64,000 bases of DNA from an uncultured Candidatus Saccharibacteria bacterium (GTDB taxonomy: Bacteria > Patescibacteriota > Minisyncoccia > UBA6257 > 1-14-0-10-44-23): contig CAZJVT010000001.1 in the NCBI GenBank assembly GCA_964549935.1, positions 219,922 to 283,921 of the forward strand. The letters are read 5' to 3'. Positions 56,881-64,000 of the stretch are shown in pieces. The notes beneath the pieces were generated by a model. The model saw only the letters and a program-made list of their open reading frames with translations. It was not told where the DNA came from and made no database searches. The translations under genes were made by a program, and so were the position numbers. Each line of letters opens with the position of its first letter. The first letter of the stretch is position 1.

Positions 56881-59424
56881 ATGTTTCATTTTCCGACGAA
56901 AGCGGGGTTTTACAGTTTTCTTTTATTAATTGGTGCAACAGCCAGCATGTTGCTTGGTGCGTCGGTTCGGAATCTTGTTTCCGAGAGTAACACCAGAACA
57001 ACCTATCTGGGTTTGGCAGCTATGCAATTTGCAGCTCCTGCCGCAATTACGAGCGTACCATCGCAACCAACAGGCTTTATTAGTAGCGACACCCGCTTTG
57101 CGGTTGCGTCGGCCTTGCCTTCGGTGGTGCAGTTTGCCAGTGACGGCAGCGAGAAGTATGAAGTTGTTACCCAGCCAAAATTGGCAGCGGGTGATGGAGA
57201 GCACGAAGTTATTTCAGTCTTAAAAGGCGAGGCAGTTGTTTTGACGCCTTGGAAGAAGTGGGCCACTCCTGCTCCGGGCGCATCGTGGATTAGCTACAGT
57301 AAAAAGACCGGGGCGAATAAAGACGGAAATGCACGGAATAAAGGCCCGATGAACGGCACAGTTGTTCGCTTTACAAAAAATGTTGAACTTGCCGCCCCGA
57401 GCGTTTCAGGCTTGATTGCGGTGATGGCTGATGACACAGTGAAAGTTTCGGTTGACGGTAAACAGCTTTTTTCCAGCAAGAACGGGCAGCGCGGGCTGTC
57501 ACAAACTCCGAAAATCGTAACAGTTCCAAAGCTTACGGCCGGCAAGCATAAGTTCACGTTCGACGTTGCGCAGTACGATCAGGCAGACGCGCGTCCTTTC
57601 GGCGTGACATTTAACGGTTATCTGATGGGTGCGCCCGCAGCGAGCGAACAGAAAGTTGCCGGCGGCACTTCTATGATAAAGCTTGGAACGCTTGCTTTCT
57701 TGGGTAACGGCAGTGAGCAGACACTGACGTATCTTAAAGTATCTATTAATCACCTTGATCCGACTTTTACGAGCGTCGGGACAATTCCCGCCGGCGAGAT
57801 TAAAAATATTCAACTGATTGATGAATCGACTGGAATCGTCGTGAAGGCGATCCCTAACTATCGCGTCACTTCGGACACGACTTGGTGTGCTTATGCCGGT
57901 AGTGCAAACAAGTATGGCTTAAGCTGTAACTTTGGCAGCACGCAGAAACCGATCAGCTACACCTTCCCGGCTGCGCCGCTTGGTACGCCGCGAGTAATTT
58001 CGTTGTTTGCCGACGTGGCGACAACCGGGAAAACGTACACGTTGCAGGCGAGCTTTGAGGGTGGAGTCGACAATCTTCGCAGTATCGCTCCGGCTTCAAA
58101 AGAAGAGGCTCGCTATAATACTCCGGCTGTAGCAGGCGCAGCAATCACGGTTTCAGCTTCAACCCCGACAGGCGAGACAACTGATACTTCAGGGGGCACG
58201 ACGAGTGGCGCATCGGGGAACGGGACTACGCCGGCTGCTGCTCCGACGCAGTGCCAGCAGTACCGTACAGCCTCGCCGGAAACCTATGATGATTGTATAG
58301 AAAACCCTGCGGCGTATCCTTCTGCCGGTTCGAGTGGCTCCACCGGAAGCAGCGGTTCAACGGGCGGCATAGTTAGCAACGACAGCAAAAATGACAACCA
58401 CGGTGCGACTAACTCCACCGGAAGCGTCAGCGGTAGTTCTTCGGCGGGCGGTAGCGGAGCTCTCTCGGTGACACCTCCTCCGCTTTCTCTCCCAATTTCT
58501 TATCTGACTATTGCCACTGATTCTGCGACTCCGGTCGGCAAGAAGATTTACGGAGGTAATGCGGGGATTCCTCTTCTTAAGGTTCGTTTAAGTGTTGACG
58601 CGGCCCCGGTTGGCGTTAAGATAACGCAGCTTAGGTTTGTTGATAACGTGCAGGATGCCGGCGGTCAGCCGACATTCGCGAAGTTTACGCTTTACCGGAA
58701 CGGCGGAGTGGTAGGAGATAATTCGACGTATGTTATTAATGAGAAACCGGGTATTGCTACGATTCTCTTTAAGACGCCGCTCGAAATTCAGTCTGCCGGT
58801 GTTACGACGCTCGAGCTTCGCGGCACAGTCCTTAGTTTTCCGGAAAAAATTGGTGCCGGCTCGGTGCACGCCTTTAGTCTTGCCGCCGCCGATGTTGTTG
58901 CCACTAATGCTAATGTAAATGGCTCCGCGCTCGGTAATCCTTTTACAGCCTACCGAACTTCAATTGATCTCCCAACGCCGGTCGCCATCGGGCCGGGGGT
59001 GAGCCGTGTTCGGACGAGCGTCGACGAGGTTGTCTCTGTGCCGTTTAAAAACGGCGGAGCGATTCCGGCAAAAATTACCAGTGTCAAATTCAAGATCAGC
59101 GGTTCGGCGCTTGTCGGCGTCACTCCGTTTGTCGTTGATTTGCTAAGCGATACAAATTCCTCGTTTGGTGCGCAGAGCTGCACGCCGGTTAACGGCACTT
59201 GCTACGTTGAATTTTCGCTCGGCAATCTTCAGCTTGCCGCCGGACAGACGCGGTCAGTTCGTATGCGTGTCAATTCGAGCAAGTTTAAGAATGATACCGC
59301 CGCGCTTGATACCTTTAGCGTCATGATAGAAAGTGGCGCGGATGTAACCTACAACGACGGAGTTTCGACGCTCAATCTGGACATCCCGTCTCCAAAGACG
59401 ATCGTTTCGTTGATCTATCAATAG
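56881..59424 (+). CDS. Large secreted surface protein (847 aa) with an S/G/T-rich linker
   Basis: Signal peptide/TM at the N-terminus. Central TGETTDTSGGTTSGASGNGTT..SSGSTGSSGSTGG linker. Beta-rich repeat domains. Confidence 0.5.
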   Translation: MFHFPTKAGFYSFLLLIGATASMLLGASVRNLVSESNTRTTYLGLAAMQFAAPAAITSVPSQPTGFISSDTRFAVASALPSVVQFASDGSEKYEVVTQPKLAAGDGEHEVISVLKGEAVVLTPWKKWATPAPGASWISYSKKTGANKDGNARNKGPMNGTVVRFTKNVELAAPSVSGLIAVMADDTVKVSVDGKQLFSSKNGQRGLSQTPKIVTVPKLTAGKHKFTFDVAQYDQADARPFGVTFNGYLMGAPAASEQKVAGGTSMIKLGTLAFLGNGSEQTLTYLKVSINHLDPTFTSVGTIPAGEIKNIQLIDESTGIVVKAIPNYRVTSDTTWCAYAGSANKYGLSCNFGSTQKPISYTFPAAPLGTPRVISLFADVATTGKTYTLQASFEGGVDNLRSIAPASKEEARYNTPAVAGAAITVSASTPTGETTDTSGGTTSGASGNGTTPAAAPTQCQQYRTASPETYDDCIENPAAYPSAGSSGSTGSSGSTGGIVSNDSKNDNHGATNSTGSVSGSSSAGGSGALSVTPPPLSLPISYLTIATDSATPVGKKIYGGNAGIPLLKVRLSVDAAPVGVKITQLRFVDNVQDAGGQPTFAKFTLYRNGGVVGDNSTYVINEKPGIATILFKTPLEIQSAGVTTLELRGTVLSFPEKIGAGSVHAFSLAAADVVATNANVNGSALGNPFTAYRTSIDLPTPVAIGPGVSRVRTSVDEVVSVPFKNGGAIPAKITSVKFKISGSALVGVTPFVVDLLSDTNSSFGAQSCTPVNGTCYVEFSLGNLQLAAGQTRSVRMRVNSSKFKNDTAALDTFSVMIESGADVTYNDGVSTLNLDIPSPKTIVSLIYQ

Positions 59425-59464
59425 AGGATATAACGGGAGCCCGTTTTGCTCGGTACAACAAAAA

Positions 59465-59490
59465 ATCCCGCCTTGCAGCGGGATTTTTTG
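59465..59490. terminator. Bidirectional intrinsic terminator
   Basis: AAAAAATCCCGCCTTGCAGCGGGATTTTTTG, with A/T runs on both sides. Confidence 0.6.
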
Positions 59491-60022
59491 GTACCTCGTA
59501 AACGGGATTCTGTTTGAGTGATGATAATTTGTCTGGGCCTATGATTACTCATAAGCTCAAGCGGTACTTCCGTCTTGCGACGGACACGACCTTGCACCTC
59601 GTAAGGATTTAGCCGTTTCACCCCAGCTTTTTTATCTCTATCGCTGGATTAATCCTTTTGGCCTGAGATTAGGATCTCCATGTCTTTTCAGACCGGACGC
59701 GCCTGCACCAGAGTCGCTTACGCGACACGGCGTAGGGCAGTCCTGAACTGTGCTGCCAAAGGCAGCTCTAGTTCATGGACGTCACTGCTCGCACCTGTAC
59801 CTTGCGGTTCGCGGCTGTTAGCCGCTACGTTCCAATGTGGCTCCGAGCGAAGCGAGGCTAGCACATTGAGAACCCCGCAGAATGCGGGGTCTGCCCACGC
59901 CTATGGCGGGGCACTCACTGTTGTAGTTGCTCGAAATACTCGCAAACAACACTGGTGGAGTCCCGATTTTCCTCATCTCCCACTTGCGCAGGGGATGTAA
60001 TCATCCGAGTACCGTTTATTTA
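59488..60022 (-). ncRNA. rnpB: RNase P RNA (bacterial type A-like, extended)
   Basis: Reading the minus strand: P2 GGUACUCG pairs with CGAG(G)UACC. P3 hairpin CAUCCCCUGCGCAAGUGGGAGAUG. GAGGAAAAUCGGGACUCC (compare GAGGAAAGUCCGGGCUCC) pairs with ACAGAAUCCCGUUUAC (compare ACAGAACCCGGCUUA), giving P4 with the bulged U. GCAAGGUACAGGUGCG resembles the conserved GGUAAGGGUGAAAGGGUGCG block. Upstream promoter and 3' terminator. Confidence 0.6.
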
Positions 60023-60153
60023 TATCATAAATGCCGATTTTCGGTCAAATGCAACAAAGTTGCATTAATATAGCCAAGTTTTGTGAATGAGTGTCAATGC
60101 AGGCCAGAAAAGATTATAGAATATAGGCTTTCAGCTGTTTAGGCCTCTATCTA

Positions 60154-60182
60154 TTGACAATTTAAATAATGTATGCTATACT
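60154..60182 (+). promoter_or_regulatory. Consensus-like sigma70 promoter (TTGACA-N17-TATACT), about 110-nt leader
   Basis: Exact -35 with a good -10, upstream of the high-GC secreted gene. Confidence 0.5.
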
Positions 60183-60295
60183 AGTACTTGTCTCATGAAA
60201 TCTCGGTTAAAGGTCCCGTTGGGGCTACTGGGGTGGAGTGGGCATGTAACGCTAGCTTGGGCTTAACGGCCTGGGTTAGGTGGAGGGAGAGAGTC

Positions 60296-61075
60296 ATGGT
60301 CAATCGCAGGAAGTCGTGCATCGCGTCGATCGCGATGGTTCTCGGATTCGTCTTCGGCTGGTGGGGGTTCTCCCCCGACGCCAAGGCCGGCGAGGGCCAG
60401 CTCTTCATCGGCTCGCGGCCGGTGGCGGAAGCGGGCGGCGGCTCGGCCAGCGCCGAGGCGTACCAGAAGTCGGAGGCCAAATCCCGGCGCATCGTGTTCA
60501 ACAACAACACGGGAAGCGAGGCGACCTTCGACCTCACGATCCGCGGCGTCAAGATGACGGGCGCCAGCTTCTATTGGCAGCGCGCCAACACGACGATCAA
60601 GGCGGGCGACGGCTTCTTCAAGGTCCTGCCGCCCGGCGAGTACGCGGGCAGCGCCCGGGATCTCGACGGGAATGTCGTTTCGAAGAAGAAGTTCGTGGTG
60701 ACTTCGAAGCGCGACTACGTGGTGCCGATCGGCACGGCGGTCACTCCGCCGACGCCGACTGGGACGGGGATCCTCCTCGTCAACAACACCGGCGTGACGT
60801 GGAACGTGCTGTTCACGCTCAGCAGTCCGTCGTACCTCGGCGGGGGTGAGCTCGGCTACACCTTCGCAAGTCAGGTTCCGAACCTGGCGATCGCCTCGGC
60901 GCTTCCGCCGACGGGCGATCTCGTCTCGTACACCATCAAGGTGACGACGATGACGACCCCAGCGGTGACGATCACTGCGGGCCCCGGAACGGGAGTCACG
61001 GCGTCGGACGGGAAGACCCGGACGATCGTGCTGGTGAGAAACGCGGATGGAACTTACGGGGTGAAACCCCTCTAG
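60296..61075 (+). CDS. High-GC secreted hypothetical protein (259 aa)
   Basis: GGAGGGAG SD 6 nt before the ATG. Signal peptide. GC about 65%. The listed ORF starts at 60188 across the leader. Confidence 0.45.
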   Translation: MVNRRKSCIASIAMVLGFVFGWWGFSPDAKAGEGQLFIGSRPVAEAGGGSASAEAYQKSEAKSRRIVFNNNTGSEATFDLTIRGVKMTGASFYWQRANTTIKAGDGFFKVLPPGEYAGSARDLDGNVVSKKKFVVTSKRDYVVPIGTAVTPPTPTGTGILLVNNTGVTWNVLFTLSSPSYLGGGELGYTFASQVPNLAIASALPPTGDLVSYTIKVTTMTTPAVTITAGPGTGVTASDGKTRTIVLVRNADGTYGVKPL

Positions 61076-61174
61076 CGCCGTCTGCAGCCCTCTAGTCTCG
61101 AGTGGTGCCTCACGGCGCCACTCGAGACAGAAAGGATTAATAAGTTCAAAAACTGCTATACTACAAATTCGATT

Positions 61175-63385
61175 ATGAAAAAAAATGTTATGAAAACCGT
61201 TATTAAAGTAAACGCATATGCGGTAATTGTTTGTGCGCTTGTTTTAGTGCCGGGCATTTCTTTTGCGCAAGTTTCTTCAAATCCAACGAGTGGGTATATC
61301 AACTCAGCGCCGCTTCAAATTATCTCGTCTTCGCCGGTGGGAGTTTCTGTCGGTGTGAGCAATAGCGGATCTTCGCCGATTATCGGTAGCTCTTACGGCG
61401 GTCCCGTTTCTTCTCAGGGAACGAGCGGTGCCAATGTTGGCTCTCGCGCTAGCTCTGGCTACATCAGTTCAACTCCGAGTCCGTATGGCGGTGTAACTGT
61501 TGGTTCAGCTCCGACGCAGTATATTGGTTCGAGCCAAAGCAGTGGCTATATCAGTTCTTCGCCATCACCCTACGGTGGCGTCATCGTTGGTTCTTCGCCA
61601 TATAACTCTATTTCTTCTCAAAACGGATACTCGTCTATCAGTTCAGCGCCGGCCTACTCACAAAATATCTCTTCAGGTGGTTACGGCTACATCAGTTCAA
61701 CTCCGAGTCCGTATGGCGGTGTAACTGTTGGTTCAGCTCCGACGCAGTATATTGGTTCGAGCCAAAGCAGTGGCTATATCAGTTCTTCGCCATCACCCTA
61801 CGGTGGCGTCATCGTTGGTTCTTCGCCGCTTAACCCAATCACCTCACAGGGTGGTTATCCAACCATTGGTTCTTCGGCGTCATCCGGCTACATCAGTTCA
61901 ACTCCGTCACCCTACGGAGGCGTAACTGTCGGTTCTTCTCAAACCCAGTACATTCCTTCGACGCGCAACGGGGCCATCACTTCTTCGCCATCACCCAATG
62001 GTGGGGTTATCGTTGGCAAAGGGTCAGGTTATATTAGTTCTTCGCCGACTAACAATTCAGTGATTTCTTCAAAGCCTGTCGGAGCTGTCATTACCTCTTC
62101 TCCTACAAACGGCAGCAATATTATTACTTCAAAACCGACAAACAGTGGGTATATCTCTTCATCTCCAAATTCACAAACTGTCATTACCTCTCGCCCAAGC
62201 AACCCGACAATTATTACTTCAACGCAAAATCCACAGGTCGTTATCACTTCCAGTCCGAATACTCCGACAGTTATTCCGTCGCAATTAACTTCATGTCCAA
62301 CGGGCTACGTAGTTTCAGGTAACCACTGCGTTGCACAGTCTGTTCAGTGTCCCTCTGGCTCTACGTACAACAGCGCGACCAATAGCTGTGTTACCAACAC
62401 GCTGCAGTGTCCGACCGGATACGTGCTCGTGATTGTTAGCGGCTACGGCCAGGTCTGCGTTTCACAAAACGGCGGCGGCACTAACACGACCTGCCCGTCC
62501 GGATACTACTTTAATACGAACACCAACACCTGCTACCCAAACAGCACCTACTACCCGGGTTACACCTACGGCACGAGCTGTGGCAGTGGTTACTACTACA
62601 ACACCAACACGAATTCCTGCTACCCGAACTACTCCTACGGTTGCTCGGTAAATTGTGGCACGCCGTACTACGGTGGCGGTTACTCGTACGGTTACAATAA
62701 TTACAACTACGGTTACAGTTCGTACGGCTACCCGTACTATCAGCAGCAGGGTACGTACTACAACGTCCCGAACTACTACTATCCGTCGCAGCCGCAGACG
62801 ACGATTACCGGTCCGCAGATTTCTATTGAACAGCCGGGTGCTACGCGCACGGTGTATGTCCAGCAGGGAACGCAGACGACTAACGTCCAGACCCAGCCGA
62901 GCTCCAACGTCATTGTGGCCAGCGCCAACATTTTGGATGTCTACAATATCTCGATTCGTACCGACTTAGACGGCAACACTATCATCGCCTGGGACAACAA
63001 CGTCCCGACGCTTGGTGAGGTGGTCTTCGGTCTGACGAGCCAGCCGGTAGACGGTCTTGCCCGCTACAGCTACGACTTTACAACCGGTGGTATCGGCCCG
63101 CGCTCGGCGCATCACGAGGCCAACCTTGGTAAGCTTGAGTTAAACCGCGCGTACTATCTCCGCATCATCTCGCAGTCAGAAAACGCCAGCGACGTCTCTT
63201 CGGAGATTGCTTACATTCCGGTTCCGGGTAAGCACGTGACGCCGGATTCGCCGACGACTCTTGCCAGTGCCTCGACCGTCTTTGGCGTGATCACGCTGCG
63301 CGGTTTGATCCTGCTCGGCCTGACACTCATCTTGATCGTTCTTGTCTATGTCGCAGCCAAGCGTCGTGCCTCGTACTATTCGTAA
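61175..63385 (+). CDS. Cell-surface protein with S/G/Y-rich tandem repeats, a Cys-rich module, a Y/N/G-rich low-complexity region and a C-terminal TM anchor
   Basis: Signal peptide. SGYISSTPSPYGGVTVGS repeats. CxxGY modules. YYNTNTNSCYPNYSYG..YNNYNYGYSSYGYPYY. C-terminal hydrophobic helix followed by KRRASYYS. Confidence 0.55.
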   Translation: MKKNVMKTVIKVNAYAVIVCALVLVPGISFAQVSSNPTSGYINSAPLQIISSSPVGVSVGVSNSGSSPIIGSSYGGPVSSQGTSGANVGSRASSGYISSTPSPYGGVTVGSAPTQYIGSSQSSGYISSSPSPYGGVIVGSSPYNSISSQNGYSSISSAPAYSQNISSGGYGYISSTPSPYGGVTVGSAPTQYIGSSQSSGYISSSPSPYGGVIVGSSPLNPITSQGGYPTIGSSASSGYISSTPSPYGGVTVGSSQTQYIPSTRNGAITSSPSPNGGVIVGKGSGYISSSPTNNSVISSKPVGAVITSSPTNGSNIITSKPTNSGYISSSPNSQTVITSRPSNPTIITSTQNPQVVITSSPNTPTVIPSQLTSCPTGYVVSGNHCVAQSVQCPSGSTYNSATNSCVTNTLQCPTGYVLVIVSGYGQVCVSQNGGGTNTTCPSGYYFNTNTNTCYPNSTYYPGYTYGTSCGSGYYYNTNTNSCYPNYSYGCSVNCGTPYYGGGYSYGYNNYNYGYSSYGYPYYQQQGTYYNVPNYYYPSQPQTTITGPQISIEQPGATRTVYVQQGTQTTNVQTQPSSNVIVASANILDVYNISIRTDLDGNTIIAWDNNVPTLGEVVFGLTSQPVDGLARYSYDFTTGGIGPRSAHHEANLGKLELNRAYYLRIISQSENASDVSSEIAYIPVPGKHVTPDSPTTLASASTVFGVITLRGLILLGLTLILIVLVYVAAKRRASYYS
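61457..61834 (+). repeat. Near-perfect 150-bp tandem direct repeats (228-bp period) inside the surface-protein gene
   Basis: 61457-61606 is essentially identical to 61685-61834. This is also reflected by identical off-frame ORFs in the track. Confidence 0.7.
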
Positions 63386-63408
63386 GAAACAATATACAAG
63401 AAACAAAA

Positions 63409-64000
63409 ATACAATAGTATGAAAAAGATTTTAATCACAACTGCCATCCTTGCACTTATCGGCCTGACTATCGCTCCAGCGGCTTTGGCTCAAACGATTA
63501 GCTATGTTGGCTACAACGTCGCTCCGACTTGGAACAACCGTCAGACGACCTTCTCGGTCGTACAGGGTCAGACCCTCTCGGTTACGGTTGATGCAACCGA
63601 CAACAACAACGAGGCGCTCACCTACGCTAGCGTTCGTTTGCCCAGTAACGCTTCGTTTGACGTAAATAATCACGTCTTGAACTTCACGCCGGACTACACC
63701 CAGCTGGGCAGTTTTTCGGTCGTGCTTTCGGTTACCGATTCGCACAGCACACCAGTCAACAAAACCTTCTATGTAAACGTAATGAGTGCGGGTAACAGCT
63801 ACGTATACCGTGATGCGTTTGGTGACAGCTTCGACAACGCCGCTCCGTATTTTATTTCAACTCAGTCCTACTACACGATTAACTCCGGCTCATCGCTGAC
63901 CTTTACGGTGCGCGCTGCTGATCCGGACGATAACGCTGTGCGCTTTACTGCCAGCAATTTGCCGAGTGGTGCGAGCTTCAACGGTTCAAATGGCCAGTTC
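63409..64000 (+). CDS. Secreted protein with cadherin-like/putative-Ig (He_PIG-like) repeats, 3' partial at the window edge
   Basis: Signal peptide MKKILITTAILALIGLTIAPAALA. Repeats of the form TFSVVQGQTLSVTVDATDNNNEALTYASVRLPSNASFDVNNHVLNFTPDYTQLGSFSVVL. No stop before the window end. Confidence 0.5.

Noticed and set aside
61457-61834. CRISPR-like regular repeats
   Set aside because: The repeats are 150 bp with a 228-bp period, lie inside a continuous ORF and encode the protein's SGYISS...PYGGV repeats. There are no short repeats with unique spacers.

Overview
A 64-kb chromosomal window with a backbone of about 50-53% GC and almost every gene on the + strand. Several traits fit a CPR/Patescibacteria-like (possibly Saccharibacteria-like) bacterium, which is an inference: there is no rpmD (L30) between rpsE and rplO, native genes mostly lack Shine-Dalgarno sequences but have clear TTGACA/TATAAT-type promoters, a type IV pilin is present, several r-proteins carry extensions or truncations, and the metabolic content is small.

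The conserved core is rpsL-rpsG-fusA-[insert]-tuf-rpsJ-[5.5 kb insert]-rplC-rplD-rplW-rplB-rpsS-rplV-rpsC-rplP-rpmC-rpsQ-rplN-rplX-rplE-rpsZ-rpsH-rplF-rplR-rpsE-rplO-secY. Also present are nfo, dus, obg, typA, tsaC, trxB, pgk, rnhA, dinB, a 1046-aa UvrD-like helicase fused to a PD-(D/E)XK Fe-S nuclease, a standalone Cas4-like nuclease and a DnaQ-like exonuclease.

Most interesting observations:
- A type IV pilin with four IPT/TIG-like repeats and a C-terminal fibrinogen-related-domain-like module.
- At least ten small ORFs of 60-66% GC, each with a canonical GGAGG ribosome-binding site, scattered through the backbone; they include an ECF sigma factor.
- Two cassette-like modules with shared 5' leader and 3' hairpin repeats inserted between fusA and tuf.
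- A 5.5-kb insertion between rpsJ and rplC bounded by a repeated terminator family.
- An unannotated RNase P RNA on the minus strand with identifiable P2/P3/P4 helices.
- A second promoter-to-terminator ncRNA candidate.
- A ykkC-like riboswitch-like leader.
- An 18-bp perfect palindrome shared upstream of two genes.
- Imperfect heptanucleotide repeats inside two DNA-repair genes.
- Several MITE-like inverted-repeat elements.

No rRNA, tRNA or CRISPR array was recognised.
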